64,000 bases of DNA from Bacilli bacterium (GTDB lineage Bacteria; Bacillota_I; Bacilli_A; RF39; UBA660): positions 6,768 through 70,767 of the forward strand of contig JAFXOW010000003.1 of assembly GCA_017528315.1 (NCBI GenBank). Direction: 5' to 3'. A program made the translations under genes and the position numbers. Below the pieces are notes generated by a model that saw nothing but the letters and a program-made list of their open reading frames with translations, ran no database searches and was not told the DNA's origin. This document shows positions 27,908 to 38,532 of the stretch, one piece after another. Numbering within the stretch: position 1 is the first letter of the stretch; every line of letters begins with the position of its first letter.

Positions 27908-29098
27908 ATGGATTTATTTGATACTATTGATATTAAAGATGAAGTTTTAGATATATCAAATAATAAAGAAACAAGTGATAGCGATATTGAAACATTAGAT
28001 GATAATTATTTAAATAAAAATGTAGATATTAAATTAAATGATAATGAACCTGAAAATTTAGATGATTTAATTACTAAAATTGAAGATGTTAGTAAACAAA
28101 TAGAAGATAATTCTAGTAATGAAGAAATTTCTGATTCAGAAGAAATAAAAGAAGATGTTTCAAAAACAGATGAAATACCTAAAGAAAATAAATTTAGTTT
28201 GCTTGAGCAATATGGAGAAAATTTTAGTACCAAAGTCTATTTGACTAATCCTGCCATTGGACGTGATAAAGAAATTGGAGAATTAATTGTTACTTTACTT
28301 ACTCCTGAAAAATCAGCAATTTTAGTTGGTAAACCTGGTATTGGTAAAACCGCTATTGTTGAAGGTCTTGGATATAGAATTAAAAATAATAATGTTCCTG
28401 ATGCCTTAAAAGGGTATACCATTTTTAAACTAAATACAGCAAGTTTAACAGGAGTTGATCCTTTAACTAATGAATTAAAAATTCAAAAAATAGTTGATAA
28501 TCTTCAAACTTTAGATAAAGTCATGGTCTTTATAGATGAAATTCATACTTTAATTGGAAATGGTGAAAACACTTTAGACTTTGCTAATATTTTTAAACCT
28601 GTTATTGATAGAGGTACTGTTAAACTAATAGGAGCTACTACTAGTGATGAATATGATAGATATATTTTAAGAGATAAAGCTTTTGTAAGACGTTTCCAAA
28701 AAATTGAAGTAGCTGAACCAAATAGAGAAATGGTTATCCAAATTATGATGGGTACTTATCCTAAATTTGAGAAAAAAATGAATCTTACTTTGAAATATAG
28801 TGATTTTATTAAAGAAAAAATAATGGCTTTTATAACAGATGCAACTACTGAATTTAAAAGAGTTTATGAAACTTCAGTTAGATATCCAGATATATCGCTT
28901 ACAATACTGCAATCAGCATTTTCTTACGCATCATTTGATAATCGACAAGAAGTAACAATTAGAGATATTAGAAAAGCTATTAAAAATACTAAATTAATAT
29001 ATCCTGATGTAATAAAAAAAGAACTTATAAAATTCAACCAAGATTTTCGTGATGTATATTTAATGGAAACTAAACAAATTTTAAAGGATGAAGTATGA
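27908..29098 (+). CDS. Clp/Hsp100-like ATPase with a single (NBD1-type) AAA domain and an acidic disordered N-terminus
   Basis: [43 protein letters not shown]; no second NBD. Confidence 0.8.
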   Translation: MDLFDTIDIKDEVLDISNNKETSDSDIETLDDNYLNKNVDIKLNDNEPENLDDLITKIEDVSKQIEDNSSNEEISDSEEIKEDVSKTDEIPKENKFSLLEQYGENFSTKVYLTNPAIGRDKEIGELIVTLLTPEKSAILVGKPGIGKTAIVEGLGYRIKNNNVPDALKGYTIFKLNTASLTGVDPLTNELKIQKIVDNLQTLDKVMVFIDEIHTLIGNGENTLDFANIFKPVIDRGTVKLIGATTSDEYDRYILRDKAFVRRFQKIEVAEPNREMVIQIMMGTYPKFEKKMNLTLKYSDFIKEKIMAFITDATTEFKRVYETSVRYPDISLTILQSAFSYASFDNRQEVTIRDIRKAIKNTKLIYPDVIKKELIKFNQDFRDVYLMETKQILKDEV

Positions 29099-29469
29099 GT
29101 AAAATAATTTACTATCTAAGATTTATTCTATTTATTCCTTTTTTAATATGTTTATTTCTTTTAATTGATAAGATATTTACTATGAAAATATATGGTTCTA
29201 TATTTTTTATATTCTGTTTACTTTATTCAATATTTATTATTTTATCAATTTTATCTAAAAAGAAGGTATTTATTACAACTATATCTTATAATATATTAAA
29301 CATTGGTATATATTTTTATTATTTTATAATATTTTACTTTACTTATAATTTAACTAGATTAGAAATAATAAATAATCGTTATTATTATAATAATAACTTT
29401 ATATTAATGTGTATACTGCTTGGTTTTCAAATAATTTATACCATATTTTTAAATACTGAAGAAAAATAA
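29095..29469 (+). CDS. Small 4-TM membrane protein coupled to the AAA gene
   Basis: Hydrophobic throughout; ATGA overlap with the upstream gene. Confidence 0.65.
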   Translation: MSKIIYYLRFILFIPFLICLFLLIDKIFTMKIYGSIFFIFCLLYSIFIILSILSKKKVFITTISYNILNIGIYFYYFIIFYFTYNLTRLEIINNRYYYNNNFILMCILLGFQIIYTIFLNTEEK

Positions 29470-29493
29470 GATACTTTATTAAAGTATCTTATT
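29464..29493. terminator. Hairpin between convergent genes
   Basis: aataagatacttt-att-aaagtatcttatt. Confidence 0.6.
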
Positions 29494-29495
29494 TA

Positions 29496-30251
29496 TTATT
29501 TTTTAATAGTAGGTTCTAAAACAATTGCTTGCAAACTTTTATATATATCTTCATTTTTAATTTTTAATTCCGTTGGATCTATATTAGAACGAACCTGATA
29601 AATAGAATTTCCATATTGACCATAATTAAGTAATAATCTAAGTTTTTCTTCACTATGAAGTATATCATCACGTCTTTTTATTTCTTCTTCATTTTCCTTT
29701 ATTGTCTTATCTAAATATCCTATTACTTCTTCTCGTTCAATTCCTGATAAAGACTTTAATTTTATATCAAGATAATTAAATATTTTAGTTTGAAGTATAT
29801 CAATATATTTTAATGATAATTCAAAAATTTCCAAATCCTTTTGAAGATTATTTATCTTTAAAAGAATATTATTTAAAACATCTTCACGACTAGCCCCTAG
29901 TCTTTTTGCTTCCTCAGTAATACTATCATCATCGTCTAAAAATTCTTTTTTTTGCTCAATCAAATCACGATTATCTCCAATTCTTTCATTATTCTTTAAA
30001 GTCCTAAGATAAATATCTGTATATATTTCTATAACTTTTAAAATAGATAATTTATCTAATCTTTCCACAATTTTATCACACATTAAATTTAATACGTTTG
30101 ATATATTTGGATACTTAACAAAATAAACTGAACTTGAATATCCTAAATAAATAGAAATCAATTCTTCAACATTCATTTTTTCAAGACTAACTATTATCTC
30201 TGGTAAAAATTTCTCATCATCATTATATTTTTTTATTAAACTTTCTATCAT
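29496..30251 (-). CDS. Hypothetical helical/coiled-coil protein
   Basis: 251-aa ORF with a GGAG RBS; no recognised motif. Confidence 0.65.
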   Translation of the reverse strand: MIESLIKKYNDDEKFLPEIIVSLEKMNVEELISIYLGYSSSVYFVKYPNISNVLNLMCDKIVERLDKLSILKVIEIYTDIYLRTLKNNERIGDNRDLIEQKKEFLDDDDSITEEAKRLGASREDVLNNILLKINNLQKDLEIFELSLKYIDILQTKIFNYLDIKLKSLSGIEREEVIGYLDKTIKENEEEIKRRDDILHSEEKLRLLLNYGQYGNSIYQVRSNIDPTELKIKNEDIYKSLQAIVLEPTIKK

Positions 30252-30304
30252 TTTAACGCTCCATTCTAATAATAGAATATCATTAAAAGATTTAATTGTA
30301 AATA

Positions 30305-32602
30305 TTAAATATGACTTATTTCTATTTTTTTGTTATTTATTAAAAGATTATCTATAACAATATTATCAACTTTATCTTCAATTATCTTTTTTATTTGTCT
30401 TGCTCCATATTGTTCATAACTTGACATAGCTATTATGTCATTAACTACCTGTTTTTGTATTACTAATTCTATTTTTTGATTTTTAAATTTATTTTTAACT
30501 TTATATAATTCTTTTTCAATAATTAATTTTATATCTTGTTTAGTTAAATCATTAAAATTAATAACAAAATCTAATCTATTTAAAAATTCAGTAGTAAATA
30601 CTTCTTTTAGAGTATTCTTTATAATAATATCTTTATTATTGTTAAAACCTATTGAATTAATGTTTGATGCTTGATTACTAGTCATAATTATAATAATATG
30701 ATTAAAATATATTTTTTCTAAACTAGAATTTGTTATAAAACCATCATCTAATATTTGTAAGAATAAATTAATAAAACTAGAACTTGCTTTTTCTATTTCA
30801 TCAATTAAGATAACTGAATTAGGATTATTTTTAACTTCATCTAAAACACTTACATTTTCAAATCCTACATATCCTGGAGGCGAGCCAATTATTTTACTTA
30901 TGGAATGAGATTCATTATATTCTGATGCATCTATTCTAATTAAATGAGCTTTTAATAAATTAGCATATACTTTAACAAGTTCAGTTTTACCTACTCCACT
31001 TTTACCAACAAATAAGAAAGACAAAGGTTTACTAGTGTTTTTTAAGCCCATTTTTATTTTAATAGTTTCATATGCTAATTTACTAATAGCCTCATTCTGA
31101 CCTATTATTTGTTCTTTTAACTTTTTTTCTAGTTTTAATAAATTATTTGTATTATATTTATCTATCTCATAAATTGGTATATTGGTTTTAGATTTTAAGA
31201 CATCTTTCACATCTTCTAGTTTTACTTCTTTTCTTTGTTTAAATTTAATATTTAACTTATTTATTTTATCTTCTAAAATTATTTCTTCTTCTTTTAATTT
31301 AACGGCTTGTTCAAAATTTTGATTAATTATATAATTATTTTTTTCTTTTTCAATTTTTTTAAGTTTTCCTATATAGTTTTCTAATTTTAAAGTATCTTTA
31401 TCTTTGACTAAGGATCTTTTAGTACAGGCTTCGTCTAAAATATCTATTGATTTATCAGGATTTTTTCGATTAAAAATATATTTATCACTAAGATTTACAA
31501 TAGCATCTATTATTTTTTCATTAACTACTACTTTATGAAAATTTTCATAAATAGTTTTAATATGTTCTAATATATATTTAGTCTCTTCAAGATTAGGTTC
31601 TTTAATTAAAATAGTTTGAAAACGTCTATTTAAAGCCTTATCTTTTTCAATAGTATCTTTATATTCATTTAAGGTAGTAGCTCCAATTAGTTTGAATTTA
31701 CCTCTAGCCAGAGCTGGTTTTAAGATATTAGCAGCATCAATTACACCTTCAGCTCCTCCAGCACCAACAATTGAATGCATCTCATCTATAAATATTATTA
31801 AATCAGGATTATTTTCTATCTCGCGAATTATTTTTTCTATTTTTTCTTCAAATTCACCACGATACTTTGTTCCAGCTACTAAATTAGACATCGAAATTGA
31901 TAATATTTTTTTATTTTCTAGTTCTGTTGGTACTTCATGTTTTAAAATTTTTAAAGCTAAATTCTCTACAATCGCCGTTTTTCCAACCCCTGCATCCCCT
32001 AACAATAAAGGATTATTTTTATTTTTTCGAAGTAATATTTCTATTAATCTTTCAGTCTCTGCATCACGTCCTATAACTGGATCGATTTTACCACTTTTAG
32101 CCATTTCAACTAAATCTATTCCATATTCATAGACCAATAATTTTTTTCTACTTTTCTTGCTACTTTTTGGTTCATCATTCTCCTTTTCTAAAAAAACTTG
32201 ATATAATTCATCTATATTTGCTCCTAAATTATTAAGGATTCTTATTCCAATTCCTTCCCCTTCTTCTAAAATAGCCAAAAATATATTATTAGGAGTAACT
32301 TCTATATCATCATTTTCTTTAGTATCAATAATAGCATTTTCTATAATTCTTTTTAACATAGGAGTATATATAAAATAATTATTCAAACTATTTCCTATTC
32401 CAATTGTATTAATAAGTTCTTATCGAAAATTATCATAGGTAATATGATATTCTTTAAGTTTTAAAGTAATATTTAAATCTTTATTTTTTAAAATACTAAG
32501 TATTAAATGTTCACTTCCAACGAAAGGATGCTTTAATTCTTGCATTTCTCGTTTAGCATTTTTTAATATCTTACGTAGTTCTTCTGAAAAGTTCTCTTGC
32601 AT
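30305..32602 (-). pseudogene. clpC: ClpC-like ATP-dependent Clp protease ATP-binding subunit interrupted by one in-frame TAA (32420-32422)
   Basis: ORFs 32420-32602 (Clp N domain, HPFVGSEHL) and 30305-32386 (two NBDs, GDAGVGKT and GKSGVGKT, UVR motif) share a frame: DNFR*ELINTIGIGNSLNNYF. Confidence 0.85.
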
Positions 32603-32714
32603 ATAATTCCTCCATATATACTATATGTAAATTACTATTTTTTATAAATTAATCTAATCGACAAATATTTTTTTTAATGTATAAAAAAAATATAATGAAA
32701 AAAATTCATTATAT

Positions 32715-33392
32715 TTAATTTATTTGCCAATCAATTGGCTCTAAATTATTTTTAATTAAAAAGTCATTAGTCTTAGAAAATGGACGTGAACCAAAGAAAC
32801 CATTATAAGCTGAAAATGGTGATGGATGAGCAGATTCTATTATATAATGTTTAGGATTGGTAATATATTTCTTTTTACTACGAGCAAAACTTCCCCAAAG
32901 AATAAACACAACTGGTTCGTCTTTTTCATTTATTTTTTTGATAACATTATCAGTAAATTCTTCCCAGCCAATATTTTTATGACTTGCAGCTTGATCTTTT
33001 ATTACCGTTAAAACAGCATTTAATAATAATACTCCTTGTTTAGCCCATGAAACTAATGATCCATCAGGTGGAATAGTACATCCCATATCATCATGTAATT
33101 CTTTAAAGATATTATTTAAAGAAGGTGGCTTTCTAATACCTTTTTTAACTGAAAAACTAAGTCCTTCTGCTTCACCTATCCCATGATAAGGATCTTGTCC
33201 TAGTATTACAACTTTTAAATTCTTATAACTTGTATACCTAAATGCTTTAAATACTTCATTTTTAGGTGGAAATACTGTTACTCTTTTATATTCACCTTGA
33301 ACATGTTTTAATAAATTATAAAAATATTCTTTTTTAAATTCATCTTGTAAAACTATATCCCAATCATTTCCAATAATTTCAATTTTTTCCAC
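32715..33392 (-). CDS. ung: Uracil-DNA glycosylase
   Basis: GQDPYH, LLLNAVLTV, HPSPFS. Confidence 0.97.
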   Translation of the reverse strand: MEKIEIIGNDWDIVLQDEFKKEYFYNLLKHVQGEYKRVTVFPPKNEVFKAFRYTSYKNLKVVILGQDPYHGIGEAEGLSFSVKKGIRKPPSLNNIFKELHDDMGCTIPPDGSLVSWAKQGVLLLNAVLTVIKDQAASHKNIGWEEFTDNVIKKINEKDEPVVFILWGSFARSKKKYITNPKHYIIESAHPSPFSAYNGFFGSRPFSKTNDFLIKNNLEPIDWQIN

Positions 33393-33396
33393 GATA

Positions 33397-34680
33397 CTAC
33401 CTCACTTCTAATTCAATTATAACATCTTTCTTTAAATTTAATAGACAATTGACATTAATAATAATTAAGATAGCAACTAATATATCACATGTATTCCAAA
33501 TAAAATCAGGACTTATAATCGAAGCAAGACAAAGAAGGAAACAAGTAAATATTTTTAACAATGTAATTACTTTATTTGATATATTCTTAAAAAGAAATTT
33601 TAAATTACTTTCAACATAGTAGTATCCTGAAATAATAGTTGAAAAGGAAAATGCTATTAAACAAAAATATAAAACAATATTTCCAAATGTTCCTAAATGA
33701 TATACTAGAGCATTTAAAGTAATCTCTATACCATTTACTAAGGTATAATTATTGGGATTATAATTACTAGTTAAAATTATTAAAGCAGTTGATAAACATA
33801 TAACAAAAGTTGTAAAATAACATCCTATTACTCCAACTAATCCTTGATTAATTGGCTTATCCAAGTTACTTGATCCTGATGCTATAGCACTGGTACCAGT
33901 TCCAACTTCACTGGCAAATATTCCTCTTTCAATACCAATTATAATAGATGATAAAATTCCGTATTTAAGTGAAGTTGTATTAAAAGCTTCATGAATAATA
34001 TTACTTAAGATACCTGGCATTAAATTAATGTTTTTTACTATTATCAACATAGCAACTAATAAATATATTATTCCCATAAGTGGGACAAAAATTGAAGAAA
34101 ACCTAGCAATTCCTTTTAAACCTTTTCTGATAATTAAAAAAGATAAAATTCCAATTATAATTCCAATTAAAATACTAGGAACATTATAAAGAAAGGTTAT
34201 AGATTTAGCAATCGTATTTGATTGAATAGTTAAAAAGCCAAAAAGATAAGCTAGTATTACAATAATAGAATATAAAATTGCTATTTTTTTATAACCTAAT
34301 CCTTTTTTTATATAATAAGCTGGTCCTCCAATATAACTATTATTATTTTTTTCTCTATACATTAAAGCTAAAGCATTTTCTACAATTGAATTAGGTGCAA
34401 TTATTAAACAAGATAATAAAATCCAAAAAATAGTACCTACTCCGCCTTTAAAAATAGCTAAAGCAATTCCAGCTAAAGATCCTACTCCAATACAACCTCC
34501 AAGTGATACACTTAAAGATTCAAAGGGAGAAATACCTAATTTATTATTATCACTTTTTAAACTTTTAAGCATTTTTTTAAAATTCAAATGAAGAAATTTT
34601 AGTTTAAAAGCAAAATAAATACCTGATAAAACTAATAAAATTGTTGCTATACTCCATAAAAAATTATTAATTATTTCCAT
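33397..34680 (-). CDS. Alanine/glycine:cation symporter (AgcS family)
   Basis: GVGSLAG, GG.G..FW, GGPAYYI, RGIFASEVG.G; multiple TMs. Confidence 0.9.
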   Translation of the reverse strand: MEIINNFLWSIATILLVLSGIYFAFKLKFLHLNFKKMLKSLKSDNNKLGISPFESLSVSLGGCIGVGSLAGIALAIFKGGVGTIFWILLSCLIIAPNSIVENALALMYREKNNNSYIGGPAYYIKKGLGYKKIAILYSIIVILAYLFGFLTIQSNTIAKSITFLYNVPSILIGIIIGILSFLIIRKGLKGIARFSSIFVPLMGIIYLLVAMLIIVKNINLMPGILSNIIHEAFNTTSLKYGILSSIIIGIERGIFASEVGTGTSAIASGSSNLDKPINQGLVGVIGCYFTTFVICLSTALIILTSNYNPNNYTLVNGIEITLNALVYHLGTFGNIVLYFCLIAFSFSTIISGYYYVESNLKFLFKNISNKVITLLKIFTCFLLCLASIISPDFIWNTCDILVAILIIINVNCLLNLKKDVIIELEVR

Positions 34681-34813
34681 ATTATTTCCTCTACTTTAAT
34701 TATATATTATCAAATTTTAAAAAATTGTCAAAATGAAATTAAAATATTAGAAAAATAAAATAAATTTTAAAATACGTGTTATAATAAATTTGAATAAATG
34801 ATGGAGGTAGTTT

Positions 34814-36043
34814 ATGAAGTATGAATTTATTCCAATATTACTAGCAAGTGATATTAATGTTTATAGTATGGCTAGAGCTTTTCATGAGGAATATAATATT
34901 AAATCAATAGTCTTAGCAAGACTAACATCAGGAGTTATAAATCATTCTAAGATAATTGATTTTAGAAAAGTTGATAATTTAGATGAAACTGATGTTTTTT
35001 TAAAAACTTTAAATAATTTATATGAAGAACTAAAACCACAGAATAAAAAATTAATATTAATTGGGTGTGCTGATCACTATGTCCGTTTAATTGTAAATAA
35101 TAAAGATAAATTACAAGATAAATTTATCATGCCTTATACAGATATAGATACTTTAAATAATATTGTCTTAAAGGAAACTTTTTATGAATTATGTGATAAA
35201 AATAATATTGATCATCCTAAAACTTTTGTTTATAAAAAAGGAGATAGTTTAGATTTTAAATTAGATTTTTCTTATCCTGTTATCTTAAAACCAAGTGATT
35301 CGGTAGCTTATTTTAAAGCATCATTTACTGGTCAATACAAAGTTTATACAATTCATACAAAAGAAGAACTTGATAACACCTTAAAAAAAATATATGATGC
35401 TGGTTATACGGGTAATATGATTATTCAAGATAAAATACCAGGTAATGATAATAGTATGTATGATTTACATGTATTTTGCTCTAAAAATAAAAAAGTAGAA
35501 TATATGAATTTAGGAAATGTTTTACTTGAAGAACATACTCCTAAAGGACTTGGTTCTAATGCTGCAACTATTACGGTTTATAATGAAGAATTAATGTTAA
35601 AAATCAAAGATTTATTAGAAAGTATTGGCTATCAAGGATGGTGTGACTGCGACCTTAAATATGATGAACGGGATGGTAAAATTAAAATCTTTGAAATAAA
35701 TATTCGTCAAGGAAGAAGTCATTATCGTAATACAGGAAGTGGTTATAATGTTGCTAAATATATCGTTGATTCTTTTGTAAATGGTATTGAAAAAGACTTA
35801 ATATTAGTAAAAGAACCTTATTTTTGGCATGTTATACCTAAAAAAATAGTTATCGATTATGTTGAAGATAAAGAAAAAGTTAAACTTGTTAAAAAATTAA
35901 TAAAAGAAGGAAAAGTATGTCATTCTTTATTTTATAAAAGAGATATGAGCATATTAAGACTTAAATATTTAATACTTAGAAACTTAAATCAATTTCGAAA
36001 ATATAAAAAATATTACCATATCGATGGACAAATAGAAGATTAG
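34814..36043 (+). CDS. ATP-grasp carboxylate-amine ligase (D-aspartate ligase / YxbA-like)
   Basis: DINVYSMARAFHE, YPVILKP, IQDKIPGND, EEHTP.GLG, FEINIRQGRS. Confidence 0.85.
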   Translation: MKYEFIPILLASDINVYSMARAFHEEYNIKSIVLARLTSGVINHSKIIDFRKVDNLDETDVFLKTLNNLYEELKPQNKKLILIGCADHYVRLIVNNKDKLQDKFIMPYTDIDTLNNIVLKETFYELCDKNNIDHPKTFVYKKGDSLDFKLDFSYPVILKPSDSVAYFKASFTGQYKVYTIHTKEELDNTLKKIYDAGYTGNMIIQDKIPGNDNSMYDLHVFCSKNKKVEYMNLGNVLLEEHTPKGLGSNAATITVYNEELMLKIKDLLESIGYQGWCDCDLKYDERDGKIKIFEINIRQGRSHYRNTGSGYNVAKYIVDSFVNGIEKDLILVKEPYFWHVIPKKIVIDYVEDKEKVKLVKKLIKEGKVCHSLFYKRDMSILRLKYLILRNLNQFRKYKKYYHIDGQIED

Positions 36044-36101
36044 GTCTTCTATTTTTTTTATAATTATGATATAATTAACTAAAGAAAAGTATGAGGTCTA
36101 T

Positions 36102-37307
36102 ATGAAAATTAAAAAATTATATATATTACTAGCAGTTATAAGTTTATTTTTAATAACACCAAATGCTAATGCTAAAACCTTAAGAGATTTAAAAAATGAA
36201 CTTGCTGCTTTAAAGCAAAAGAAAGCAAATAATGAAAGCCAAAAAAAATTAACGGAACAAGAAAGAAATACAATTAATAATAATATTAAAGCCACAAGCA
36301 ATAAGATAACCGAAAGTGAAAATACTATTAAACAATTAACTGAAGAAATAAATGATTTAAATGATAAAATTAAAGAAAAAGAATTAGAGATTAAAGAAAT
36401 TATTCACTTTCTACAAGTATCTAATGGAGAAAATGCTTATCTTGAATATATATTTGGTTCTAAGGATATTACCGATTTTATTTATAGAAGTGCAGTATCT
36501 GGTCAACTAGTATCATATAACGATAAATTAATGGATGAATATAATGATACTATTGTTAAAAACAAAGAAAAGCAAGTTAATCTAAAAAATGAAATTGAAA
36601 GCTTAGGAGCAAAACAAAAAGAATTAGAAGTTCAATTTGAAAAATTAGGTAGTGAAATAAAAAATATATCTGAAATTAGTATGTCAATTGATGAAGAAAT
36701 ATCTGCTCAAGAAAAAGCTGTTTATCATTATGAAAAAGAATTAAAGTGTGAACTTGATGAAGATATCAATAGTTGTGGTAAGATTCCTTTTTCTGGTAAA
36801 TTCATAAGACCTGTTACTAATGGACGTATTACTAGCAATTATGGATCACGTTGTTATTGGAATCAAACTCAAGGAAGAAATGTTTGTACTTATCATTATG
36901 GTATAGATATTTCTGGAGGCGATACCAAAATATATGCTGCTGCACCTGGAACAGTTGCTTCAATTCAATGGTATCAAAGTTGTGGTGGAACTAAAATATT
37001 TGTTCACCATAATGTTAATGGAACTTATTATACAACTGGATATTATCATTTAAAAACTGTTAATGTTAAAGTTGGAGATTATGTTGATCAAAATACAGTA
37101 ATTGCTACAATGGGTGGTGATTCTTCAACTTGGAGTTATGATAAATGTACAACTGGTCAACACTTACACTTTGCTGTTGCAACAGGTTTATATTTAAGAG
37201 ATTATACCTATTGGTCTCAATTTGAAGCACATAATCTAAATCCGGTTAGTGTTGTTAACTTCCCAGCTTATGGTGTATGGTTTGCAAACAGAGTTACTAA
37301 ATACTAG
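36102..37307 (+). CDS. Secreted coiled-coil plus M23 peptidase (CwlO/EnvC-like architecture)
   Basis: Signal peptide, long coiled coil, HYGID, Y.HL, TGQHLHF. Confidence 0.88.
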   Translation: MKIKKLYILLAVISLFLITPNANAKTLRDLKNELAALKQKKANNESQKKLTEQERNTINNNIKATSNKITESENTIKQLTEEINDLNDKIKEKELEIKEIIHFLQVSNGENAYLEYIFGSKDITDFIYRSAVSGQLVSYNDKLMDEYNDTIVKNKEKQVNLKNEIESLGAKQKELEVQFEKLGSEIKNISEISMSIDEEISAQEKAVYHYEKELKCELDEDINSCGKIPFSGKFIRPVTNGRITSNYGSRCYWNQTQGRNVCTYHYGIDISGGDTKIYAAAPGTVASIQWYQSCGGTKIFVHHNVNGTYYTTGYYHLKTVNVKVGDYVDQNTVIATMGGDSSTWSYDKCTTGQHLHFAVATGLYLRDYTYWSQFEAHNLNPVSVVNFPAYGVWFANRVTKY

Positions 37308-37319
37308 TAACTCTGTTTT
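37286..37319. terminator. Hairpin terminator overlapping the M23 gene stop
   Basis: aaacagagttacta-aatac-tagtaactctgttt. Confidence 0.65.
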
Positions 37320-37333
37320 ATATAAAAAAAATA

Positions 37334-37786
37334 TCATTTATGATATTCTTCGTTATTTAAAATTTTAAAACTTCTATATATTTGTTCTAATAATATTACT
37401 CTAAATAGTTGATGAGGAAATGTTAGTTTAGAAAAAGAAATTCTTTCACTAACTATTTTTTTTATATCATCATGTACACCATATGAACCACCTATAATAA
37501 AATTAATATTGGAATTCACTTGTCTTATTTTATCAATATTATAAGCAAATTCTATACTATTTAACTCATGTCCATTTAAATCTAGTAATATATTATAATC
37601 AGTTATTTTTATGTTTTTTAAAATACTATCTCTTTCAACTTCTAAAGTCTTTTTCAAATCATAATCTACATCTATAAGTTCTACTATATCTAACTTAGTA
37701 TATTTATTAAGTCTTTTAGTATATTCATCTATAGCATCTCTTAAATATTGCTCTTTTATTTTTCCAACACAAATTATTTTTATCAT
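37334..37786 (-). CDS. rlmH: 23S rRNA pseudouridine(1915)-N3-methyltransferase
   Basis: VGKIKE, IIGGSYG, TFPHQLFRVILLEQIYR, YHK. Confidence 0.96.
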   Translation of the reverse strand: MIKIICVGKIKEQYLRDAIDEYTKRLNKYTKLDIVELIDVDYDLKKTLEVERDSILKNIKITDYNILLDLNGHELNSIEFAYNIDKIRQVNSNINFIIGGSYGVHDDIKKIVSERISFSKLTFPHQLFRVILLEQIYRSFKILNNEEYHK

Positions 37787-38532
37787 ATACGTACCACCAT
37801 ATCTTCATTTTGTCTTGCTGCTTTAACTTCTACTCTATTATCTATCAAATCACTTACCGTTTTAATTGCTAAATCTTCTAAATTATTGGTTTCACTTAAA
37901 TGTGCTAAAATTATTTGTTTGGTATTATCACCAATTAATTCATTTAAATATTTACCAGTCATTTCATTTGATAAGTGTCCCGTATCCGATATTACTCTTT
38001 GTTTTAAAATATAAGGATAAGGACCATCCATTAACATTTTTGGGTCATGATTACTTTCTATTATATATATATTTTTATTTTTCATATAAGAAAGATTCTT
38101 TTTACTAATATAACCAGTATCCGTCATATAAAGAAGCGAAGTTGTATCTTCTATTACAAAACCAACTGGATAAAGAGCATCATGAGAAGTATGTAAAAAT
38201 CTAATTTTTAAATCATCTATTTGAAACTGTTCTTCATCAATAGTTATAATATAATCTTTATCAATTGCTTTATTGATGGCTTTATACATTTCAATTGGAA
38301 TATAAACATTTTTTTTAGAATGTTTTACAACTGAAGCAAGTCCTGCAATATGATCCTTATGTTCATGAGTTATTAAAATAAAATCTATATCTTTAAATGT
38401 ATAACCATGATTTTCTAAAATCATTTTAGTCTTAGGATAAGAAAATCCTACATCAATTAAAATTTTTTTTGTATCTGTTAAAAGTAATGTCGAATTTCCT
38501 TTTGATCCACTTCCCAGAATTATTGCTTCCAT
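37783..38532 (-). CDS. MBL-fold metallo-hydrolase (YycJ/WalJ family)
   Basis: GSGSKGN, THEHKDH, TDTG, IESNHD, HLSETNN. Confidence 0.9.
   Translation of the reverse strand: MEAIILGSGSKGNSTLLLTDTKKILIDVGFSYPKTKMILENHGYTFKDIDFILITHEHKDHIAGLASVVKHSKKNVYIPIEMYKAINKAIDKDYIITIDEEQFQIDDLKIRFLHTSHDALYPVGFVIEDTTSLLYMTDTGYISKKNLSYMKNKNIYIIESNHDPKMLMDGPYPYILKQRVISDTGHLSNEMTGKYLNELIGDNTKQIILAHLSETNNLEDLAIKTVSDLIDNRVEVKAARQNEDMVVRI

Noticed and set aside
37334..37360. rlmH 3' end as an SCC-like integration site
   Set aside because: No element or direct repeat follows; it abuts the convergent M23 gene terminator.
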